Assembly (NCBI RefSeq): GCF_025526975.1
Contig: NW_026515705.1
Span: forward strand, 1 to 64,000
Direction: 5' to 3'
Length of the DNA: 64,000 nucleotides
Origin: Fimicolochytrium jonesii
Lineage: Eukaryota
Part shown: positions 24,602 to 36,100 of the stretch, one piece after another
Layout: every line of letters begins with the position of its first letter
Position numbering within the stretch: position 1 is the stretch's first letter
The notes under the pieces: generated by a model
Database searches by the model: none
Seen by the model: only the letters and a program-made list of their open reading frames with translations
What the model was told of the DNA's origin: nothing
Program-made: the position numbers and the translations under genes

Positions 24602-26702
24602 TCACCCCTCCGGCCCCTTCGGCAACCTCGGATCCCTCGGCGGCCCTCTCCCCTCGCCCGCGTCCCAAACGCGCCCTGCGGCATTCAACAAGCTCTGCAA
24701 CGCCTGCAACGCCGCTTGATCGATGCCTTCAAGCGGGAGCGAGAATCGAAGGGATGTGGGTGACGCCGTAAGCGCCGTGTTCGAAGTAAAAATGGTTGTG
24801 GGTGTTATGGTGGTTGTGCTGGGGAGCCACGGTGCGCTTTGCTGTTGCGGGGGAGGCCAGGCGGTGGTTTGATATGGCGTTGGCGATGTGTGTGGGGATG
24901 GTGGGGGGGTGTCGGCTAGGGGAGCTGGAGGAACGGCGGCGGGTGTCCAGTAGGAAGGTTGTTGGTCGAGGGGTGGGCGGGCGTAGAGGGCGTCTAGGAG
25001 GGGTGAGGCGAGGGGTTGTGGGGTCGTGAAGGGTTGGGGGATCCCGATTGGGGCGGGTGGGGGTGGGTCGTTGGTGGGTTTTCTCGTTAGGGGGATTCGT
25101 CTGGTGGTTGCTGTGGTGTGTGGGCCAAGGAAGGGTGGGATGGACGCATTCGAGGGTGGGACTGGTTGTTGCAGCAACGCAGCGGGCGGCGGCGGCACCA
25201 CAACCCCTGGATCAAACCCCCAACAATCCCCCTCCCTATCCCCCCCCGGCACATTATTCCTCCACACCAGTATCGCAAGACAACCGGTCGCGTCATCCCT
25301 CACCAACTCCCGTAACCTCGGGTGACACCCGCTCGGCACTTTAACAAAACAAAACGGCACAAACACAAACTGCCGCCGCGGCTCACCCGGGAGCTCCGCG
25401 ACGTAGAGTTTCCGCCCGACTTTGCTGACTTCTAGGAACCGCATCAGTTCCTGGTGTTGTTGGGGAGTTGCCCCGGGGGCGATGCGGAGGATGTATTTCG
25501 GGTGTGGGTCCGTGCACCATTGGCGGACGAAGCGGACGTTGGCTTCGTTGCCGCGGCGGGAGGGGACGACGGCGAAATCGGTGCTCAGGGTGACGGTAAT
25601 TTCTTGTCCGGGGAGGTCGAGGGGTGTGGTGGTGCGACCAATGATTTGGATGGGAGAGATGGGGAGCTTGCCGTGGTTGAACTGGCCTTCCCAGACAATG
25701 GTTTTCCAGGGGGCGGAGGCGGCGAGGGTGGGGAGGAGGCCGCGGCCGAGGTCCAATTGGCGGGAGATCATGCGTTGGAGTTGGGAGAATTGTTCCATTC
25801 GTAGTTGTGCGTAGGCTTTTTCGTAGACGGCCTAAAGGAGAGGATGCAATAATGCTCCTTAGTGATCGTTGGGCAATGGATTAGGTATTGCGCCCTGGGC
25901 GCAATGTGGGCTCGCTCCGTTCGCGCTCGCTCTCGACGGCGTTAGCTCTGGGCGACGTCGCTAACGCTCGGACTCCCGGATGAAAACCAAACTCCCCTCC
26001 GCTCGCAACTCGCAACACTCACATCAATCTCCCTGAACGAAACCCCACTCTCCACTCCCTCCATCGAAGCAGGCACAACGCCCTCCCCACTCCTCCTTGC
26101 CAGCTCAACCAACACCTCCTCCATATCCCTCAACATCTGCTTGCTCTCATCCACCTCCCCATCCTCTCGGGCATGCTCATAAGGCTCAATCGGCAAATCG
26201 GCAGGTAATCTTGGCGGCTTCCACACTCCCGCGTCGATATCGTAGGCCTGAGTGAACGATTTCTGGAGTTTTGCAATGTCCTGCATTTGCTCGTAGAGGA
26301 GGTGCTCGAGCTGTGATTTGCGGGTTTTGCCGTATTCGGAGATGCTGAGCCAGGGGGTTGAGGCGCTGATGAGGGCGTCAGTTTCGTCTCTGGGAGTTGG
26401 GAAAGGGGACTTGGGGGTGAGTTAGGGTCTCAAAGTTGGCGAAGATCACTGTGATCTTGCACACTTCCACACGCGACTGGAACCGAAAAAGAACTTACGC
26501 TCCGTCCTCAGGGAACACCTCGACAACACTGTCCAGGTCCGGAGGCTATATATATGTGAGGCAAACATAAATGCGTAAGTATCCAGGCTGGGCTCCCTGC
26601 CAAACGTGGCTTGTAAATAGAACCCAGTTCGGCAAGTGTGAAGTGGACAGTGCCGGTGTTCTCGGTCGAAATACCTACGGGTAAACGGCTCCGAGCACTC
26701 AT
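24602..26702 (-). CDS. Uncharacterised protein with a possible SPOC-like beta-barrel domain and Pro-rich tail (4 exons)
   Basis: Phase-consistent splicing MSARSRLP|PPDLDSVVEVFPEDGA|DETDALIS...SFREID|AVYEKAYAQLRMEQF. The segment IVWEGQF...LDLPGQEITV...ELMRFLE...QFVFVPF resembles SPOC (inference). Confidence 0.65.
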
Positions 26703-27056
26703 ACTGAAGGATATGCTGCTGCCTGTTGCCGCAAGTTGGTAACGGTTACGGTTCTCTGGCAGCTATGGGTATGCAGCGTGGTTTGCGACGGGTCTCTGAG
26801 AGGACATGGATACGACGCGGGGGTTAGTTGGGCCTCGGCGGGGTTAGGGTTCCGTCGCATGTCGCGTTGATGATCGCCGCCCGCTCTGTTGCGAATGACA
26901 GGCACATCGATGGACGGGACGTTGTTGATGGGAATCTCACCGTTATTCCTGCAAGCGCAGACTTCTCGATATATTTCAACTTGGCCAAACCCCCTCCCCC
27001 CCAACCCAGCCTCTCCTCGCAACCACTCAACCGCTCAACCAGAATATATCCCAAAG

Positions 27057-29254
27057 ATGGTCGCCGCAGAGAGGAAGATTCACCCCGCTCACATCGACGG
27101 TAAGGACAAATCAAGAAAGTGTGAAATGGAACACCTCGTTTCCGCGAGGCGCACCATTCGTTGGACTCGATGAATAAAGCTCCTTTCTAACTCTCTCTTT
27201 GTCGCTCTCTTCATTAGCCAACTCCTCCGATGTCCTGCGCACTAAGGTCGTTTGCACAATTGGCCCAGGTTAGTCTTTGTGTGAAACTTGGGCGAATGTG
27301 GTCGCGTGATCTCCCCCCTGCATCTGGGAGAAATCTTTACTATGGAGCGACAGAGGGATGGTGCAACGAACGAGGACGTTGCATCGAGTGACTGCGAACG
27401 GAGAGGGTGGCTTTGTTTGCGGCGAGTAATGTGAGACCCAAGAATGCTCATGGTCGGAAGCGCCCAGCATCCTTGTCGCGACCGAACCCGTCTTTACCCG
27501 TCCACCCAAGGATAACATCTTCACCTTTCATCCGGTACTTACCATCATCCTGCTTTCCTCCACAGCATCAAGCGCGCCAGAGAAGCTCGGCCAGCTCATC
27601 GAGGCGGGCATGAACATCCTCCGATTGAACCTGAGCCACTGCACCCAGGATTTCGCCGCCAATGTCATCAGCAGCGTCCGGGCGTACCTGAAAGACAGCG
27701 GGTCCCTGGCTGAAGTCGCGATCTGGCTGGACATCAACGGTCCCAAAGTCCGGAGTGGAAAGCTGAAGAACGGCGAGCCAGTGACCCTCCACGCCGGCGA
27801 CGAGTTTTTCTTTGTCAATGACGCATCCGTCGTTGGCGACAACACCCGGGTGTCTACCAGCTACACCAAGGAGATTGTCAAGGAAGGCGACAAGATCTAC
27901 ATCGATGACGGGCTTTTGTCGTTTACTGTTTTGGAGAGGCTGGCGGATTCCATTCGGTGCAAGGTTGACAACTCTGGTAAGTGTCGCTAAGGAAAAGTTT
28001 CTGGACGAGCCCCTGCAGAAACGTGGCATGCTCATCACGAAAAACCTCCTCAATAGGCATTTTGGGCGAAAGCAAAGGCATCAACTTCCCCGGCGCCTTC
28101 ATCAACGAGCTCCCCGCCATCAGCGAAAAGGACAAAACCGACATCGCCTTTGCCCTCGACCAAGACGTGGACTTTATCTCCGTCTCCTGCATCCGCAACG
28201 TCGAGGACGTAGAAGAGCTCCGTCTCCTCCTCGGCAACCACCGCGTCAAACTCCTCGCCAAAATCGAGAACAAGACCGGAATGGACAACTACGAAAGCAT
28301 CCTCAAGATGGCCGACGGCATCGTCATAGATCGGGGATACCTCGGCGCAGAGATTGATGTGGAGCTAGTGACAATCGCGCAAAAGAAGATGATTGCCCTG
28401 GCGAATGTGGCCGGCAAACCGATCTTGGTTGCTAACCAGATGCTCGAGTCGATGAGAACTAACCCGCGACCGGCGCGGTCGGAGGCCGCGGATGTGGCGA
28501 ACGCCGTCATGGACGGTGTCGACGGGCTGGTTCTCTCTGGCGAGACCGCTATCGGTAAGATCTTGCTTCCTCTCTCCTCTTCCTTACCTTTATCAAAGTT
28601 CTAGACCAACACTTATCTTTCCCCCACGCAGGCGAATACGTCCTCGACTCCGTCTCCGCCATGCGCCGCATCGCCTACCAAGCCGAAAAAAACACCAACT
28701 ACCTCGAACACCAGATCAAAACCATGCGCTCCGTCCCCAAACCCATCCCCATCTCCGAATCCATCGCCTCCTCCGCCGTTCTCGCCGCTCGACAGGCCAA
28801 CGCCGCTATCATTGTCTGCATCACTGAATTGGGCGGGACCGCCCGTTTGGTTGCGAAATACAGGCCGTTGATCCCGGTTATTGCCGCGACGCTGATTCAG
28901 AGGACGGCACGACAGTTGAATGTGAATTTTGGATTGGTGCCGTATTTTCATGCGGGGAGTGCGGATACTGTTATTCATGATACCTTGAGTGAGTGCCCCT
29001 TGCCTGTAGCTGTTTCGAGTTTCTCTTTTTGCGCATGCTGATACATAGTTTCCTTCAGAATACGCCGTAGAACTAGGCCTCTGCAAACCAGGCCAGGTCG
29101 CCGTCGTTACCTCTGGACAACATATTGGGTTCTTGGAGGGTACGTGAATCTGCTCTTTCCATCTGTTTCGTCGCCTCGGAAAATGTCATTGACGAAAATC
29201 AACCTCTTTTTCCCAGGCACAACGACAAAGATGCAAATGATCCAGATCCCATAA
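27057..29254 (+). CDS. Pyruvate kinase family protein with non-canonical active-site motifs (7 exons)
   Basis: Motifs RTKVVCTIGP, GMNILRLNLSH, IYIDDGLL, KGINFPG, AKIEN, AEAADVANAV-like SEAADVANAV, LSGETA, GGTARLVAKYRP. DRGYLG replaces ARGDLG and ANQM replaces ATQM. Confidence 0.92.
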
Positions 29255-30599
29255 ATCATATTAGACGTCTCTGTTACTCTGTAACGTCAAACTTTTCAGA
29301 CGGGATGTACATCGCTACCCTACACATTTCATAACAACCCAACCTCCCCCCTCAATAACAGAACTGACTCGTCCGAACGTTGTATTTCCAGTGGGATTTT
29401 TCTCCACCGCCCGTGGATTTGTGTGGCGTTTTCTTCGTATAGAAATTTGAGGTTGTCTTCGTATACGGTGGTTATGTGGGGTTTTCTGACATTCTGCGAG
29501 TCCTCGACGCGTACTGTATGTCAGCGGGAGAGACGGAGCGTTTGACATCATCTCCGCATCTGCAGGATGACACGAAGTCAAGACCTGAGCAGTGAGGATC
29601 ACACCATACAATACGATCAGAACCCTGTCGAGCAGTCTGGGCCAGGATGACGCCGAGAACAACGTACGCCCACGGTCCCGCGATATCAAGCGGACGGACG
29701 CAAAGTGCCATTCGACTGGAAGCCGGAGACAAATCAAAGGAACCTGCGTTTTCGCACCGTAACCTGAAAGACACTACATTCTGCAACACCCGCTCCAATG
29801 ACACCCTCCGCACGCTCCGGGATCTAGGCTCTCGCGATACACCGATTCTCATGCTGGAGCACGCTGGAGACGCTCCTGCAGCGGCCCATGCAGATGCCCG
29901 TTCCCCCTTGGCTCCCGAGATGATCGGCCCACTCACATCACAACCAACGCCACCTCGTACACCGAACCTGCGCTGAGCACCTGAAGAAGAATCACCATTG
30001 GGCACCCACAAGCGATTGCGGGCGATTGCCCATGCTGCTCAGATTGCCCGTGTTGCCCAGGAGCATCCCCGCTGCCAGAGAAGAACGTCCCGCCGAACAA
30101 GAGCCGCTAGCCACCGCGTGCAATGGGAATTGTTCCATCCTGATTGGTGGTGATGAATGCAGTGGCTGCACATTTGTTGCAGAAATGCATCCCCCTATGA
30201 CCGGGCCCTAAAGGAGGAAGAAAGTCTGGGGCATCGGTATTGGCATAGGCGCGCGACCAACCTTCTACGGTCCGATGAACAATCACCAACACCCCGCTTT
30301 GCATCACCGATGCGGCGCCGAATTTTGTCAGCATTGACAGAATTAAGGACGCGTCTAGACGATGTAAAGAAGCAAACCCAACCGAGCATGTCATCTTTCT
30401 GCGTTCTGGATTTTGCCCGTACTGACTCCGAATTGGTTTGGCGGGTTAGGGCACGAGGATTCAGGTGTTCCGCATGGGGGCCGGCGAACGAATCGAGCTA
30501 GCTGGCGGACGGAGAAAAGGCTCGCATGGAAAGAGCGATCATGTCTCCATCGAAATGCAGGGAAGGATGCAAACCGTCGACAACAAAGGGCAATGTTCG

Positions 30600-30900
30600 A
30601 CCTGTCTGAGACGCTAGATGCACCTAATGCGGTGCGAAGGAGGCCACCCGGTGTGGGGACGAAACTGGACTCGCTTCCGGTCAGCAGCCGTCGAGTTCGC
30701 GTACAACGATACCGGGAACGCTAGCACGGGCATGACCTCTTTCGAGACGGACTTGGGGCTCTTCTATCACGGGGCGGGCATTCCTCGCGCGTTCAAGGCC
30801 TTGCCTGCTCTTCCGGTTGCGGCACCGAAATCCCGCGTCTACAAGGGTTTCCCTCCTGACAAGAGGAAGACGCGCTTCGCACCATCTGAGTGCTGAAAAC
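30600..30900 (+). mobile_element. Degenerate Ty3/gypsy LTR-retrotransposon integrase remnant (the surrounding 29.5-31 kb is probably decayed element sequence)
   Basis: NW...AVEFAYNDTGNASTGMTSFETDLG matches the conserved gypsy integrase C-terminal W..L..(V)EFAYN....STG.(T/S)PF motif. No long ORF remains. Confidence 0.75.
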
Positions 30901-32161
30901 GAGGTTTCCTGGAAAAAGCGGATGTCCATGGTCGGTCACTATTGGAGGTACTGCACCTCATACAAGGGTCAATCATCGCCATAAAGCAATCAAAGACGTC
31001 TCATGTGTCCGATCTCCTCCCCTACGCTGTGACCCTGACAGAGTTGTATGGAGGATATGAAGACGTCGCACACGGTAAGCTCAACACTGCGCTCTGATGT
31101 CGAAGATGTTGCCCACCCCCTAACTACCGCTTCCAAACTGCCCATAGGGGATCAAAACAAAAATCTTCAGGAACACAATGATCATATCATCCCCGCTCGA
31201 TTTGCGACATGTTCGGCCTCGGGACCACATTTCTATGGCAAATGGTGACTGCAAACCAAGCAGTGTCGGAGTCAACAAGCGAACATTTAATCTTTTTTTT
31301 CGGACGCATCAAGACCCCTGATACTTCTTCAAGTGAATATACATGCAGTCATTCCCACTGACCCGGCAATATCTGATCGAGTTTTTACGATAACCGGTGT
31401 CAAAGTGGATGGGGCAGATCGTGACCTAAAAAGAACGCATCCGCGCCGCGCATGACCGCTTTAGTCGCTTGTACCCAATAGGGTGAGCAGCTCGACGTGA
31501 CTTTGCCACTCTCTACGGGAAGCAACAGTCATCCATTCGTTCAGCACGCGCATGATGAGAATCTGCTCAGTCAAATGGAATGGCTCTGCTGTGTCTGTCC
31601 ATCATTCCACCGCTGGGAACTGGTGTCACGCATAGTGGTGAACGATGCTTGGTCGGACTTGGGAATACCACAAATCCCACCGGGACGCTGGCTAGAAATG
31701 CTCAGCCGCCAACGACATGCCCGCCGTCCAGAACAGGCTGAAAAGGGATACCCATCGTGCCGTCCAATCCCAACTCGCGGCACACAGGGAGAATCATGCC
31801 CTCTACGCCAAACTCGCGGCAATGAGGGAAGAAATTCGAATACTCAAAGCCGCCGCTGCCGCTGCGGTCGAAAAGCAAAGGAGCTCACTCGTCGCGACCC
31901 CAACTCATCGTCTGCCGATGGACCCTCCTCCAGAAGGGTTGGATGGGCGCCAGTGATCGGACGTTGCGGCAGGGAGGTGGCTCGGATACAAAAGTGTGAG
32001 CACCTCAATGTCCCTCTGCAGCTTCCTGGAAGGAACGACCTATGTTGTGTCAAAGCGGACACTCGCGTCGACCTCTGCGACCATGCACCATTCCCACCTC
32101 ACTACCCGCCGCACTAAGCACCTCCTCTCGGACGCCGCATTCGCCACTCAACTCGCATATA

Positions 32162-32360
32162 CAGTAGGATGCCAAAACGGACGTTACGACGGGCGCGTCG
32201 AAATCGACGGCATTTGGGCTACTACCTAGGTTAGTAGTCGCGGCTGGCCGGCCTCCGGTCAACCACGCAATGGCTAGGCGGCAGCCGGTGACTTCTGCTG
32301 GCCACTAAGATTTATTGACCGCGTCCATGCCGTCGTTACGTCCGTTTTGGCATCCTACTG
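32162..32360. mobile_element. 199-bp MITE, Tc1/mariner(pogo)-type, with 31-bp TIRs and TA target-site duplication
   Basis: Left end cagtaggatgccaaaacggacgttacgacgg (32162-32192). The right end 32330-32360 is its reverse complement with 1 mismatch. TA flanks both ends. Confidence 0.9.
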
Positions 32361-33155
32361 TATATGTAGTTATGGGTTTACGGGTTTCCCTGGACATTAG
32401 GTCCTAAATTGCGCGCTGCGCTCCCGATAGCTAGTTCTTCTTCATCGAAACATCCCTCCCTCCCACCGTAGCTTTCAGTCATAGCACTCGATAGCTCAAA
32501 AGAGATAAAGGAACGGGAAGCTAGGGTATCTGTTATTTATTCACTCGAGAAGAAAAATAGAGAAGCTTACTAAGCAACCTCCTCCTCGTCCATAGACTCT
32601 AGAGGACTACGTTCCTCGTCCAGAGCACAAAGTCGAACCGTCATCACGAACGCGCTGTCGATTTCAAGTCCGGGTCGGACTCCGGACTGACCGCAGATGC
32701 TGCTCGCACTCTGGTGTGGGTCCAAACCGCATAGTGAAAAGGCATAACCTTATTTTACATCCCGTGAGTTGGTTACGTCAGGAAGGCCAGGTTTTAATCG
32801 CGGTAGTTCCAGTGGCCGATGTATTTGCGCTTGTACTTCATAAGAGTAGTTGCTTCCAAGGACTGCAAGGACTCGTCATAAACGGAACTACCCTAGTTCG
32901 TAAACACTCACCAACTCCAAGTGGGCGCGTTTTGCATGCTTTGTCAGGTCGTAACGCTCGCTAACGTGCTCTTTAAAGGTCTCCCAAATTCGGATTCTCT
33001 TGCGTCGTTGGGAACTGCTGTCTCGAGTAGGCTCCATCCGGTCAATCCAGATCCGAAGCATCGCGCGCGCCACGTCTCGCACACTCTCATCTTTGCCCAA
33101 GAGATCATCACTTTGCTTGCGCACGACTCGAAGCGGAGAGCTGAAAAAGCTCAAC

Positions 33156-36100
33156 ATGGCCTCAAAGGGACCGCTGAGCCCATCTACGCTCACCTCGCTG
33201 GCGGAGCGATTCTCGCGGGAAACGCAGCATCTCGTAACCCTATACCAGGCAGCGAAAGGGGCAAAGCCAGCGAGCGATGAGAAGATTACGGACACGGATT
33301 TCTTGGCGGTCGGGAGCCAGTGGGATTTAATACAAGGGGTAGCGAGTTCGTTGCAAGATGCATTGCACGAGTCCAGGTCTTCCGCTGCGGATTCGAAATC
33401 AGACCCAACGGTGGCAATCCCGCAACAGGTGGCGAAAGTCGATTCTGTGATCCGCAAAGTCATAAAGGCGACACCAAGTGACAGGAGTAAAACCATCGAA
33501 AGCTCAGAGTACGATTTCATGAAGGAGGTACTGGCACTACTAAGTACGACGAAGACGGTTGTCCGCTCCGAAACCGCGGCAGCATTATCCCGGCATGGCT
33601 CGGATCAGCAATTGGCACGGACTGGGGGTCTTAGCAAGTCAACAGCTACCATGAACGCTTCCGCATCTGACCTCGCGGACGCTCAACGGGCTGCATCAGC
33701 CGAAGACGTTGCGTCCAATCCCGGCTCTAAAACCGGCTCAGTGACATCCCTCCATCGGCTCTCGGCATTCGGTGGCTCAGCGGCGAACGTTGGTGCTCCG
33801 CCGCCTCCTCCACTGGCCACCAAGCCTCAGCGCTCATCGCGTGGGGAGGTCACCAGGAAGTCTGCTGGAGATCTATCTGCAATACGTGAAATCCCCCCGA
33901 AGAACGATAGAGGGAATACCTCAACATCACAAAGCTCCGAGAAAATGGAGGAGACAGCATCAGTTCCAAGTAGATTGGAGGATTCAAAGTCGCAGGAGCT
34001 TCAGAAAGGTGTGGAGAAACCCATCTCGAGCCTCGAGGCGGTTCCTAAAGTGCATCAGGAACGACCACGACCGCAAGAGCAGCCTAGTGCGTCTGGAAAA
34101 CCGTCAAGCGGAGACGATCGTTTAGCGGCACTCAAAGCAAAGAAGAAAGCCAACCGCCAATCGTTGATGCACACGCCATCCGTTCAGAACACTGCAAAAT
34201 TTTTCGAGCACAAAATTGTCGAGGTATCAGAGTCGGCAAATGCTCTGAAGAAGCGCCCTGAGACGGAACGTGTGGCTACACCGACCACTCGGCCTGCGGC
34301 TGAACATGTCCTACAGCCGAAAATTAGCAAAATAGTGAGCGAGCTGGGAACGCAACTGCCGAGCCCCGGAGCGTCGAGCGCCGGAAAGGGCCGCTCTACA
34401 CCCGAGGACGCATCTCGTCGCAATATTCCTGCGCCTCGCGGTGTAGTTGACTTGCGACCGACAAATAAAGTATCTCAGGCCCGCACGCAATTTCAAAAGG
34501 GGAATGATGACATTGCTTCCAAACGTACGGACAGTTCGCGTAGCGGAGCGGACAATCTGAAGACGGCTCAAACTCCCCCGGAAGGAACCAGCAATGCGCA
34601 GACCAAATTTACGTCGACGTCGAATGTGGCACAACACGAAGCGCCTCGAGAGAAAGAGACACAAGCAGCACATGCGTCCGCCTACTCCCCGTCAGCCGAT
34701 ACACCACGTACTGCTGTTGATCCCGAGGCCCGTTCACCGGAAAGCAAATCGCATGACAAGGCGAATGTCGGAAGTGCAGCGGAGGATTTGCTGTCGAAAA
34801 TCAAGGAGAGCTTCCGTACTGGATATCAGGATGCTGTTCAGCAGGGAATACAGGAACCTGTGACGGTAATGCGGGTGGCGACCGAGAATAGGCCAAGCGG
34901 GATCACAGATGGGCGTGATCAGGGTGAAAGCTTCCAAAAGGATACGTCGCTGTTCATCAAAACACATCAGCAGTCTCAATCCTTTGAAGAGAAGACGGCG
35001 GTCGAGCAGACACGCTCGCCGCTATCGCCTCTGGCGCCAAAGCATGTAGAGCCTGTGGAAGCTCAGGAGGAGCAGCAAAATGAAGCCATACCTCAAATTA
35101 AACAGAGGAGCCAGCGTCAGTCGAAAGTGGTGGATGAGCCACCAATCGCCACGGACGTCGCCGAAAGTGAGAGTGCTTTGCCGAAAAGCAAACGTCAGTC
35201 TGCACTTGCGAGACAATCATTGGCACCATCAATCAGCGAGCAGGCTCCAGCAGTCCAGGATGCATCATATGCCAGGAGCCAACGTCAATCAGCTGCCATA
35301 GACGAAACTTTCTCCGTAGGCGGGGTTTCTGATGCTGATTTGTCTAAGCATAAGCGTCTTTCCCGATTGGAGGAGAAGCCTGCTGCATCAGTAGTCAGTC
35401 GGAGCGCTTCAGGAGACATGCACTCGCAGTCCACTCGAAGTCAAAGTCAATCACGAATAGCGGAAGGGCCACTCGTGTTTACTGATAATACGGTTTCTGA
35501 CGCTCTTCGGCCAATCAGTGGAAATGAGATTGCATCCACCGAAAGGTTCATATTACCCATCACCGAAGACGAGACCGACGATACGAAGGCGTACCTCACA
35601 GAGAGTTCCGATGAATTGGGCAGAATTGCCGGAATCTCCGAAGAATGTCTGCGAGGTGATGCAGACCAAGCTCAGGGCAAAGATGACAGCGGAGCGAGTG
35701 TAATGGCCTCGCGAAGAGCGTCGAATGTACCACCGCGTTCTCGTCCTGTATCTATCGTAATACCGCAGGAGATTCAGAAGCAGCATGAGAATTGGCAGAA
35801 GCGATTCTCAGCGGCCATTGATGAAGATGATAACGACGATGAAGATATTAAGTCCGAGTTTGATCTTGGACAATATGGGTCGCCTTACTCGCAGCTGCAT
35901 CCTGACGAAGGGGCGGCGGTTGCTGCATATGATTCGCCATTCGAAGCCACCATTCCGACCGACGATGAGCCGCATGGAAACGAGCCTGATGCCCTCAAGC
36001 AAACTGGTTCTGAATCCGACGACGCTTCTTACAGCCAGGCGTTCAATGCTTCACGGAACCTTGAAGAAGACGACCGATTCGGCGCCCAGTCAGGTCCTTC

